Of a stretch of 64,000 nucleotides of DNA, positions 1 through 8,438 are shown in pieces (position 1 is the stretch's first letter; every line of letters starts with the position of its first letter). Under the pieces are notes generated by a model. That model did no database searches, was not told where the DNA came from, and saw only the letters and a list, made by a program, of their open reading frames with translations. The position numbers and the translations under genes are program-made. Origin of the DNA: a virus (taxonomy: Duplodnaviria > Heunggongvirae > Uroviricota > Caudoviricetes). The stretch lies in IMG/VR virus record IMGVR_UViG_3300032116_000006. One strand, given 5' to 3'.

Positions 1-2
1 GT

Positions 3-116
3 GATCTTCCCGGCGTTGAACCAATTTCTAGTCAAATGTCTAGTGAATACCTGGACATCTCTAGAAACGAGATGCCAATTTTAGAACAAATACGAACTGG
101 ACGAACAATTTTTTAA
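3..116 (+). CDS. 3' end of a hypothetical protein (partial)
   Basis: Open frame DLPGVEP...RTGRTIF ending TAA at 114-116, just before gp44. Confidence 0.4.
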   Translation, partial: DLPGVEPISSQMSSEYLDISRNEMPILEQIRTGRTIF

Positions 117-122
117 CTTATT

Positions 123-1067
123 ATGAACGACGAATTTTTATTTACTGAACGACACAGGCCAAAATCTATTGAAGAGTGCATTTTACCTGAACAACTCAAA
201 GAATATTTCACTGAAATAAAAGATTCTGGAAATGTCCCAAATCTTCTTTTATCTGGACCTTCAGGAACCGGAAAAACCTCTGTTATCTTAGCTCTAGCTA
301 ATGAACTTAACCGAGATTTCATGAAGATCAATGGAAGTGAAGAGCGAAGTATTGATGTTATCCGAAATAAGGTTAAGTCATATGCTTCAACTATTTCCCT
401 TTCTTCAACTGGGAAAAAATTTCTACTTATTGATGAAGCTGACAATCTTACTCATGATGCTCAACTTGCCTTAAGGGCTTTCATTGAAGATTTTCAATCC
501 AATTGTGTTTTTATTTTTACATGCAATTATAAAAATCGTATTGACAAAGCTCTCTGTTCTAGATGTATCAATAAAGAATTTATTTTCCCAGTTGAAGAAA
601 AACCAAAGATTCTTTCTAGATTCTTTAAGGTAGTTTGTTCAATTCTAGAGAATGAAAATCTTGAGTATGACCAAAAAATTGTTGCATCATTTGTTGGCAA
701 ATACTATCCAGATTTTAGGAGAACACTTCTAGAACTTCAGGGTTATGCAAGAAAAGGTTCAATTGACGTTGGTATTCTTGCAGTTTCTTCAGATGTCTCA
801 GTTACTGAACTCTTTGAACATATCCGAAACAAAAATTATTCAAACGTCAGAAAATGGGTGATTGACAATATTGATAATGACCCATCCATAACAATCAGAA
901 GAATCTTTGATGAGTTATGGAAAAATGAAAAAATCGTTAAGACAACAATCCCTCCATGTGTTATACATCTGGGGAAATATCAAGATCTTGCAACTCGTGT
1001 TGCAGATCAAGAAATCAATTTAATGGCATGTATTACTGAATTAATGTACGAACTTGAATGGAATTAA
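123..1067 (+). CDS. 44: Clamp loader AAA+ subunit (T4 gp44-like)
   Basis: RFC-type N-terminus (ERHRPKSI), Walker A GPSGTGKT, Walker B IDEAD, LCSRC motif. Confidence 0.95.
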   Translation: MNDEFLFTERHRPKSIEECILPEQLKEYFTEIKDSGNVPNLLLSGPSGTGKTSVILALANELNRDFMKINGSEERSIDVIRNKVKSYASTISLSSTGKKFLLIDEADNLTHDAQLALRAFIEDFQSNCVFIFTCNYKNRIDKALCSRCINKEFIFPVEEKPKILSRFFKVVCSILENENLEYDQKIVASFVGKYYPDFRRTLLELQGYARKGSIDVGILAVSSDVSVTELFEHIRNKNYSNVRKWVIDNIDNDPSITIRRIFDELWKNEKIVKTTIPPCVIHLGKYQDLATRVADQEINLMACITELMYELEWN

Positions 1068-1069
1068 TC

Positions 1070-1324
1070 ATGAACCGAAATCAATCTGAAGATCTTGCAT
1101 CACTCGCAGAAGTCTTTTATGCTAATTTGAATGAAGATTCAACTTGGGATAATCCTTTTGGCTATCACAAATGGAAGCCTGATACAATTATGACAATTTT
1201 AGGTGAGGAACCTGAAGGACAATTTAGCGAACTTCATCAAGATTCTCTAACTGATGAACAACGTCAATACGCTTATATGCTCTATAAGAATCTCCCTAAC
1301 TTTATTAGTAGCAGTCATGAGTGA
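1070..1324 (+). CDS. Hypothetical protein
   Basis: ORF directly after gp44. Confidence 0.6.
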   Translation: MNRNQSEDLASLAEVFYANLNEDSTWDNPFGYHKWKPDTIMTILGEEPEGQFSELHQDSLTDEQRQYAYMLYKNLPNFISSSHE

Positions 1325-1574
1325 AAACCCGCTTAATCAAGACATGAATGCCTCAAGATGGGCAATGGAATTTCATTCCATTCATGGTGGTGATGAAGAA
1401 TTAATGAGAACTTGGTTTGCAAATGCAACTATGTGTGACTGGGATAATCATTTTCGGGTCACAAACCCATATGAAAATGATTCAATTCATATTCATTTTG
1501 ACCCTAATAGCCCTAGAGGAGTTATATATAATGAGATATACCAAGATGTCGTATATGTAAATATAAATTTATGA
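1317..1574 (+). CDS. Hypothetical protein
   Basis: ATG at 1317 overlaps the previous stop. Confidence 0.6.
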   Translation: MSENPLNQDMNASRWAMEFHSIHGGDEELMRTWFANATMCDWDNHFRVTNPYENDSIHIHFDPNSPRGVIYNEIYQDVVYVNINL

Positions 1575-1747
1575 GTAGACAGGAATTATTAGCTAAAATT
1601 TATTCTGAGCTTGTGGTAAAAACTTTAATGGTTGTTGGACCTGTTGAAGTTGAAACCTATTCAGATGTTTATAAAGAAAACTGTGAAGCACTTTATAAAA
1701 TAGCAAAAATCGCTTCTCGTGAATATAATCAATATGAATATATGTAA
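1571..1747 (+). CDS. Small hypothetical protein (58 aa, not in ORF track)
   Basis: MSRQELLAKIYSELVVK...EYM*, ATGA overlap with the previous gene. Confidence 0.6.
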   Translation: MSRQELLAKIYSELVVKTLMVVGPVEVETYSDVYKENCEALYKIAKIASREYNQYEYM

Positions 1748-1752
1748 AAAAT

Positions 1753-2145
1753 GTGAATAACCCAGAACTTAAAGATTGGTTAAATTCAATCAATTTCTCT
1801 AAGGAAAATCTCTTAGATGAAACTCCAGAATCAGTTTCATCTTATCAGCCATACATCATCAATAAATGTATGGCTAGTCATTTAGATGCTATACTGTTTG
1901 TAAATGAGCTAAACCAACTTCCATATATTGATAAGCGAATGCAATACGCTTATTATCTCTATGCTCTAAGACCAAGAAAAAGATATGCCCCTTGGTTAAA
2001 AAGGGAAACCGCAGATAATCTTTCTGCGGTTAAAGAATATTATGGATTTAGTGACAAGAAAGCTTTAGATGCTTTAAAGGTTCTAAATAGAGACGAAATT
2101 ATTTTCATTAAACAACGACTGAATAAAGGTGGATTTAAAAAATGA
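1753..2145 (+). CDS. 62: Clamp loader small subunit (T4 gp62-like)
   Basis: LKDWLNSINFSK, YQPYIINKCM, VKEYYGFS motifs; position between gp44 and regA. Confidence 0.9.
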   Translation: MNNPELKDWLNSINFSKENLLDETPESVSSYQPYIINKCMASHLDAILFVNELNQLPYIDKRMQYAYYLYALRPRKRYAPWLKRETADNLSAVKEYYGFSDKKALDALKVLNRDEIIFIKQRLNKGGFKK

Positions 2146-2567
2146 GTGAATTGAACAAAGATGGATACATTAATTGGGATTCATCCATGATGATTGAAGT
2201 GACACTTGATCAACCAGATACATTTTTGGTTGTTAAAGAAACACTTCAGCGTGTTGGAATTTGTAGTAAGCATGAAAAGAAACTCTTTCAGAGTGCACAT
2301 ATTCTCCACAAATCTGGAAAATATTATATCGTTTCTTATAAAGAGTTATTTGCCCTTGATGGAAAGTATTGTACTTTAACTCAATCTGATTTACAGAGAC
2401 GTAATAGAATTGCAAAGCTTTTAAGTGATTGGGGCCTTATTACAATTGTTAATCCTGAACAAATTACAGATATGGCTCCTTTGAGTCTTATTAAAGTTCT
2501 TGCATATAAAGATCGCCAAGATTATGAACTTATTACTAAGTACACAATTGGTGGAAAACGTAAGTGA
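2142..2567 (+). CDS. regA: Translational repressor RegA
   Basis: FLVVKETLQRVGI, LFQSAHILHKSGKYYIVSYKELFALDG. Confidence 0.93.
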   Translation: MSELNKDGYINWDSSMMIEVTLDQPDTFLVVKETLQRVGICSKHEKKLFQSAHILHKSGKYYIVSYKELFALDGKYCTLTQSDLQRRNRIAKLLSDWGLITIVNPEQITDMAPLSLIKVLAYKDRQDYELITKYTIGGKRK

Positions 2568-3046
2568 AAATCTCGAGGTCACATAGACGCTTTGCACTTT
2601 GTTTAGAAGATCAAACTGCTCTAGAATATCCTGAGGATTTTTTAGGACCTAATTGGAAGGATGTACTGAACTTCTGGATTTATTTGGATACTTTAAGTGA
2701 GGAACAGATAAAAATTGTTATAGAGAGTTTTAATGTAGTATGTCCAGTTGAATATACTGCTTATTATGGTTTCCTTGTGCATTCTGACTATAATGGTTTT
2801 CAAGGTGATGCTATGAATGCTGCTCAAAAAACATCTAATTTTTTTATTGAAGCTTCTGCATCAGCAGTTTGTAGCTCTTCTATAGCTGTTGCTACAGATA
2901 CTAATAACCTTTACATAAGCTCTATAGACTATATAAAATCTGGCAACTGGGCTGCAGGTCGTGCAACCTATGAACTAATCGGTTCACACTTTCTCCTAGA
3001 TAACAACAAACCATTAACCTTTTTTCCATTGTTTTTAAATTTGTGA
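2564..3046 (+). CDS. MKIS paralog family member 1
   Basis: Conserved ALEYPEDFLGPNWKDVLNFWIYLDTL N-block and ATYELIGSH...PLFLNL C-block. Confidence 0.85.
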   Translation: MKISRSHRRFALCLEDQTALEYPEDFLGPNWKDVLNFWIYLDTLSEEQIKIVIESFNVVCPVEYTAYYGFLVHSDYNGFQGDAMNAAQKTSNFFIEASASAVCSSSIAVATDTNNLYISSIDYIKSGNWAAGRATYELIGSHFLLDNNKPLTFFPLFLNL

Positions 3047-3402
3047 AAATCTCGAGGGCACATAGACGCTTTGCACTTTCTTTAGAGGATCAAACTGCTC
3101 TAGAATACCCTGAACGTTTTCTAGGACCTAATTGGAAGAATGTACTGAACTTCTGGATTTATTTGGATGATTTAAGTGTTGATAAACTTTCTATAATTTA
3201 TGCACATTATCATGATTTGAGAGACGTGCATACATTAAGGAGTCTTGCAGTGAAAGCTGCTGTAGATACTATAGGTGGTGAATATAAAACTGCAGCCTGG
3301 TGTGCCACTACTAATTCTATTGGGGTTTTGGCAATTTACGAACTCATTGGCTCACATAATCTTGAGACCTTGGCATTTCTTCCTTTGTTTATAAATCCAT
3401 GA
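3043..3402 (+). CDS. MKIS paralog family member 2
   Basis: Same conserved blocks, GTGA overlap. Confidence 0.85.
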   Translation: MKISRAHRRFALSLEDQTALEYPERFLGPNWKNVLNFWIYLDDLSVDKLSIIYAHYHDLRDVHTLRSLAVKAAVDTIGGEYKTAAWCATTNSIGVLAIYELIGSHNLETLAFLPLFINP

Positions 3403-3836
3403 AAATCTCTAAAACCCATCAACGATTTGCAGACCGTTTAAGAAACCAAAGAGCCTTAGAACATCTAGAAGAGTTTCTAGGACCTAATTGGAAGGATGTC
3501 TTGAACTTTTGGCTTTATTTGGATACTTTAAGTTATGATCAGTGGAAGAGTATTATTGATGCTTATTGTTCTTTAAGTCACAATGAACGCCAGCTTGCTC
3601 GTCGGGCTTCCTGTGTTGCTGCCCGAGCTGTTGCTGCTAGTTATGCTGCTGGTGATGCTGGTTTTTATGCTGCTGGTGATGCTGGTTTTTATGCTGCTGG
3701 TGATGCTGGTTTTTATGCTGCTGGTGATGCTGGTTTTTATGTTGCTGGTTATGCAACTTATGAACTAATGGGTTCACACATACTTAAATCTCAAGGTAAA
3801 TCTTTAGTCTCTCTTCCACTGTTTTTAAATGTATGA
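3399..3836 (+). CDS. MKIS paralog family member 3 (YAAGDAGF x4)
   Basis: Same conserved blocks, internal tandem repeat. Confidence 0.85.
   Translation: MKISKTHQRFADRLRNQRALEHLEEFLGPNWKDVLNFWLYLDTLSYDQWKSIIDAYCSLSHNERQLARRASCVAARAVAASYAAGDAGFYAAGDAGFYAAGDAGFYAAGDAGFYVAGYATYELMGSHILKSQGKSLVSLPLFLNV
3642..3737 (+). repeat. 4 exact tandem copies of a 24-bp in-frame unit TATGCTGCTGGTGATGCTGGTTTT
   Basis: Read directly; a partial fifth copy follows. Confidence 0.95.
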
Positions 3837-4252
3837 AAATCTCTAATACACACAAAGAATTTGCTGACCTCTTGAATAACCCAAGAGCCTTAGAATATCC
3901 TGAGGATTTTTTAGGCCCTAATTGGAAGGATGTCTTGAACTTCTGGATTTATTTGGATACTTTAAGTGATGATCAGTGGAGTATTATTGAATCTCTCCAC
4001 GTAGAACTTGGTTACCCTAAATGGAATGAAGGTAATTTAAATGGAAGACAAGAATATTGGCATGTAGTTGCAAATAGTGCTTACAAAACAATTAGAGAAT
4101 ATGCAGGCTATGCTGCTCTTGCAGCATCTGGTGATTATCATTGGACGGCTGCTTCTGATGCAACTTATGAACTTATCGGTTCTCATAAACTTAAAGAACA
4201 AGGAAAACCCCTAACCTTTCTCCCACTTTTTAATTATCAACCATCTCTTTAA
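3833..4252 (+). CDS. MKIS paralog family member 4
   Basis: Same conserved blocks. Confidence 0.85.
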   Translation: MKISNTHKEFADLLNNPRALEYPEDFLGPNWKDVLNFWIYLDTLSDDQWSIIESLHVELGYPKWNEGNLNGRQEYWHVVANSAYKTIREYAGYAALAASGDYHWTAASDATYELIGSHKLKEQGKPLTFLPLFNYQPSL

Positions 4253-4262
4253 CAATTAAACC

Positions 4263-4718
4263 ATGGAAAACCAACTTACACAATCAAAATGTTTTACTGA
4301 ATTTTCAAAAGCATTGAATAACCCAAGAGTTTTAGAAGCTCCAGAAGAGTTTTTAGGTGATAATTGGAAAAGTATTTTACAATTTTGGAACTATTTGGAT
4401 AGTTTAAGTGATAATGATTTGGAAAATATTGCAGAAAGATTTTTAAATTTACCTAAATTTTCTAAAACTTTCTCCTTTAAATTGTGCTTTGATGATAATC
4501 TTTTAGAAGCTCTTACAGGTCTTTGTTGTGAAACTTTAATGTTAATTAAACTTTGCTCTATACCATGTTATATAAAATTAAGTCATCATGTAAATACTGT
4601 TATATCTTTAGCTTTGTGTGAATTGTTAGTTAAGAATAAACTAAATGATTCATCTCTAGAAACAGAACCTTCAACATTCTTACCACTATTTGATTTTGAC
4701 CCACAGACCAATACATGA
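4263..4718 (+). CDS. MKIS paralog family member 5 (divergent)
   Basis: VLEAPEEFLGDNWKSILQFWNYLDSL ... FLPLF. Confidence 0.8.
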   Translation: MENQLTQSKCFTEFSKALNNPRVLEAPEEFLGDNWKSILQFWNYLDSLSDNDLENIAERFLNLPKFSKTFSFKLCFDDNLLEALTGLCCETLMLIKLCSIPCYIKLSHHVNTVISLALCELLVKNKLNDSSLETEPSTFLPLFDFDPQTNT

Positions 4719-4763
4719 ACTGTCACAAAAAGTATTGCTAATAGAACTTTATAATGCTATAGT
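4718..4763 (+). promoter_or_regulatory. Early-type promoter: AACTGTCACA box + TTGCTA-N17-TATAGT
   Basis: sigma70-like 17-bp spacing with TG extension; the box recurs across the window. Confidence 0.65.
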
Positions 4764-4793
4764 ATTTCTATCTTAGCCCCTTGGTAAAGTAAA

Positions 4794-5075
4794 ATGACAG
4801 AAGATGAAAAACTAATTGAAGAGTATTCTAAAGAAGTATTTGGTGTAGGTTCAACATTTAAAGTAACAATAAAAAACCTTATTGAACATTCTCGCAATTA
4901 TAGAAAAGAAAAGGGCGCAGAACACAAAATCCTCAAAGATGCTAGAAAAGCTGGATATGAGCAAGGTTATCAATGGGGAATAAAACGAGCAGAAGAATCA
5001 ACCATTACTCTAGAAGAATTACGCAAAATGACTGTTCAAGAATTAGTAAATTTCATTGGAGATGAAAACGATTAA
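4794..5075 (+). CDS. Hypothetical protein
   Basis: ORF downstream of the early-type promoter. Confidence 0.65.
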   Translation: MTEDEKLIEEYSKEVFGVGSTFKVTIKNLIEHSRNYRKEKGAEHKILKDARKAGYEQGYQWGIKRAEESTITLEELRKMTVQELVNFIGDEND

Positions 5076-5189
5076 ATTCAAAGTACGGCTTTCCACACTT
5101 GAACATTTTCTCAAAATCCGCTAAATATGGTTTGTGGGATGCCAAATGGGTCCTACACTAAAAACACTCGCTTTTAAAGGAGAATTAAA

Positions 5190-5600
5190 ATGCAATTAGC
5201 ACATAGTTTTTTTGATGATCTATACAAGGGTTCAATCGCTCTTGATGGTTTCTTTGACCGAGTTTATCCGATCTCTGAAACTTACAATTCATATCCGACA
5301 GAGGATGTCATTCAAGAAACTGATTCTAGGCTCAGAGTTGAACTTGCCCTTGCAGGTTTTGACCGTTCAGAGATTAAAGTTTATACAGAAAATGGTAAAC
5401 TTTATGTTGAAGGAACACTACAATCAAAACCAGATGAAAAATATCTTGTGAGAAACATCGCCCAAAGAAATTTTCGTTGGGGTAGAGTTCTTCAAGAACA
5501 GTTGCAGGTTGATTCAGTTTCCTTTGTTAATGGAATCTTGAAAATCACACTAAACCGTCACACCCCAGAACACGAACTGCGAAAGGAATATTCATTCTAG
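5190..5600 (+). CDS. hsp20: Small heat shock protein
   Basis: Alpha-crystallin motifs VELALAGF, VSFVNGILKITL; SD AAGGAG; late promoter-like CTAAATA at 5121. Confidence 0.9.
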   Translation: MQLAHSFFDDLYKGSIALDGFFDRVYPISETYNSYPTEDVIQETDSRLRVELALAGFDRSEIKVYTENGKLYVEGTLQSKPDEKYLVRNIAQRNFRWGRVLQEQLQVDSVSFVNGILKITLNRHTPEHELRKEYSF

Positions 5601-5613
5601 TAAGTGTCTAAGT

Positions 5614-5651
5614 AGAGCAGGAATTTTAAAACTTCTTAAATTTCCTGCTCT
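5614..5651 (+). terminator. Hairpin after hsp20
   Basis: AGAGCAGGAA / TTCCTGCTCT inverted repeat. Confidence 0.55.
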
Positions 5652-5678
5652 TAATAATCCATTGTAAAATATATAAAA

Positions 5679-5942
5679 ATGAAAGAAGATAGTTCAGTTT
5701 TTTTAGTAGTTCTTGTGGATAATGTAAAACTTATTTCAGGAATTGAGTTTACAAAAAACGAAATTGGTAAAGACGAGGTTATTCTAAATAAACCATTTGT
5801 GCTTGAAGGATCTAGTTTAATGCCATATCTTTATGCATATACAAATCAAAAAATGTTTTATGTTTCACCAACAAAAATTATAACTTTAGCTACACCAAAA
5901 CAAGAAATTTTAGATAATTACATTAAGCTAGTGAGCGAATGA
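5679..5942 (+). CDS. Hypothetical protein upstream of DNA polymerase
   Basis: ORF overlapping the gp43 start. Confidence 0.7.
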   Translation: MKEDSSVFLVVLVDNVKLISGIEFTKNEIGKDEVILNKPFVLEGSSLMPYLYAYTNQKMFYVSPTKIITLATPKQEILDNYIKLVSE

Positions 5943-8437
5943 GATTTTATACGAATGTCAAACAGATTGGAAATAACATATATGTCAGAGGATATGAAGA
6001 CAATAAATCATTTGTTGACCGAATTGATTATCAACCAACACTCTTTCTAAGAACTAAAGAAAAGACAAAATACAAGACTCTACAAGGTGAATGTCTTAAA
6101 CCAATCAATCCTGGAACTATCTGGGAAACTAGACAATTCATTGAACGCTACAAAGGCGTAGATAATTTTGAAATTTTTGGTGACATTTCACCAGTCAATC
6201 AATATATCTCTGACAATTATCCAGAAGAAAACATTGAGTTTGACATCAATAAAATCAAAATCTATATCATTGACATTGAGACTACCTCAACCTATGGATT
6301 CCCAAATGTTGAAGAAGTAAGAGAAGAAGTGCTTCTGATTACTATTCAAGATTTTGAATCAAAGAAAACATATACTTGGGGAACCCGACCTTTTTCTGAG
6401 AAAGTAGAAGGCAATGTTTATTGTGAATGTAAAGATGAATATGAGCTTTTTCAGAAATTTATTGAGTTCTGGGAATCTGATTATCCTGAAATTGTTTCTG
6501 GTTTTAACTGTGAGTTTTTTGACATTCCTTATCTTGTTCGTAGAATATCTCGGGTTTTATCTGAAGCTGATGCTAAAAGACTTTCAATTTGGAAATCTAT
6601 CAGAGAGAGAAAAGTAAAGGTAGAAAAAACTAATAGAGAAGAATATGTTTATGATCTTGCAGGGATCGCATGTCTTGACTTTCTTGCTCTTTTTAAGAAG
6701 TTCAGTGGTAAAAAACTAGAAAACAATAGACTAGAAACCGTAGCTCAAGAAATTTTAGGAGAAACTAAACTAGATCACTCTCAATATGAAACCTTTTCCG
6801 ATTTTTATACTCAAGATTTTAATACCTTTACTCGCTATAACATTATAGACTGTGAGTTAATCAGTAAGCTGGAAGATAGCCTAGGTCTTATTGGACTTGC
6901 TATTGCAATGGCATTTGATACAAGAGTTAATTTTGACGATGTATTCTTTCAAAGCCGAATGTGGGATTCAATCATTTATAATTTCCTTAAGAGAGAAAAT
7001 ATCTGCATCCCACAAAGAAAAGAAGTCACTTTAAAAACTGAAAAATTTAAAGGAGCATATGTAAAAGAAACACAAGTTGGAAAGTTTAATTATGTTGTAA
7101 CATACGACGTTCACTCCCTATATCCATCTATTATTCGTACATTTAATATTAGTCCAGAAACTCTAGTTCCAAAAAGAAATTCAGAAGTTTCGGTTGATAC
7201 AATTCTTAATGAGACTTTTAGTAATACTACAGAATTTAGTGTATGTGCTAACGGCTCAATGTATTCAAAATCTTTTCAGGGATTTTTGCCAACATTGATG
7301 GAGAAGCTCTATAAAGATAGAACAGTTTATAAAAAAATGATGCTTGCGGCGAAAGCGGAATATGAAAAAAATCCAAATCCAGAAATAAAGAAAAAGATTA
7401 CTGTTTATAATAACTATCAGAATGTTAAAAAGACTGTTCTAAATTCAGCTTTTGGTACCCTTGGGTGTGAATATTTTCGTTATTATGATTTAAGAAACGC
7501 AGAAGCAATTACATATACTGGACAAGCCGTCATTAAATTGTTAGAGAAAAAGATGAATGCTTTTCTCAATAAGATTGCGGGAACTGAAACTTTTGACTTT
7601 GCAATTGCAATGGACACAGATTCAATTATGATTAACTTTGAACCAATAATTGAACGTATTTTTAGTAATAAGAATGTTGAGATGTCCAAAGTCATTGATT
7701 TTATGGATAAAGTATGTGCAACAAAGGTTCAAGAGTGTATTGATCAATCATTCAGAGAAATTTGTGACACTTTAGGGGCTTATGAACTTCAACTAAGTAT
7801 GAAGAGAGAGAAGCTTTGTTCATCTGGTCTCTGGGTTGCCAAGAAAAACTACATTATGAATGTGTGGGATAATGAAGGTATAAGATACTCTGAACCAGAA
7901 GTCATAATTTCGGGTATTTCAGCAATTAAATCTTCAACTCCAGCATATTGTAGAACAAAAATCAGAGAAGCAATCAATATCATTCTTAATGGCACAAATA
8001 AAGACATTATTAACTTTATAGGAAACTGCAAGAAAGAGTTCTTCAAACTTACGCCAGAAGAGGTATCATCTCCTAAAAGTGTCAGTAATGTTAATAAGTA
8101 TGCTGAAGGTAAGTCATCATATAAATCAGGAACACCAATACAATCAAGAGCTTCACTGATTTACAATCGCTATATAAGAGAACAGAACCTTGAAATGAAA
8201 TATCCAATCATCAAAGATGGAGAAAAGATAAAGTTCTGTTATCTCAAAATGCCTAATCCAATCAATGAAAATGTCATTGCATTCATTCAAAGATTTCCAA
8301 CCGAATTTGGACTTGAAAGCTTTGTTGATTATAATTTGCAATTTGAAAAGACTTTCATCTCACCTTTGAAAGCTATTTTAGATGTTATTGGTTGGACAAC
8401 AAAAAAAACAAACACACTAGACTCTTTATTTGGATAA
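5939..8437 (+). CDS. 43: Family B DNA polymerase (gp43)
   Basis: Exo motifs IDIET, FDIPY; pol motifs DVHSLYPS, KTVLNSAFG, DTDS. Confidence 0.97.
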   Translation: MRFYTNVKQIGNNIYVRGYEDNKSFVDRIDYQPTLFLRTKEKTKYKTLQGECLKPINPGTIWETRQFIERYKGVDNFEIFGDISPVNQYISDNYPEENIEFDINKIKIYIIDIETTSTYGFPNVEEVREEVLLITIQDFESKKTYTWGTRPFSEKVEGNVYCECKDEYELFQKFIEFWESDYPEIVSGFNCEFFDIPYLVRRISRVLSEADAKRLSIWKSIRERKVKVEKTNREEYVYDLAGIACLDFLALFKKFSGKKLENNRLETVAQEILGETKLDHSQYETFSDFYTQDFNTFTRYNIIDCELISKLEDSLGLIGLAIAMAFDTRVNFDDVFFQSRMWDSIIYNFLKRENICIPQRKEVTLKTEKFKGAYVKETQVGKFNYVVTYDVHSLYPSIIRTFNISPETLVPKRNSEVSVDTILNETFSNTTEFSVCANGSMYSKSFQGFLPTLMEKLYKDRTVYKKMMLAAKAEYEKNPNPEIKKKITVYNNYQNVKKTVLNSAFGTLGCEYFRYYDLRNAEAITYTGQAVIKLLEKKMNAFLNKIAGTETFDFAIAMDTDSIMINFEPIIERIFSNKNVEMSKVIDFMDKVCATKVQECIDQSFREICDTLGAYELQLSMKREKLCSSGLWVAKKNYIMNVWDNEGIRYSEPEVIISGISAIKSSTPAYCRTKIREAINIILNGTNKDIINFIGNCKKEFFKLTPEEVSSPKSVSNVNKYAEGKSSYKSGTPIQSRASLIYNRYIREQNLEMKYPIIKDGEKIKFCYLKMPNPINENVIAFIQRFPTEFGLESFVDYNLQFEKTFISPLKAILDVIGWTTKKTNTLDSLFG

Positions 8438-8438
8438 T

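Noticed and set aside
3642-3737. CRISPR array
   Set aside because: Contiguous repeats with no spacers, in frame inside a CDS; no cas genes and no repeat-spacer pattern seen anywhere. E1-E5 are separated by whole genes and vary in stem sequence.
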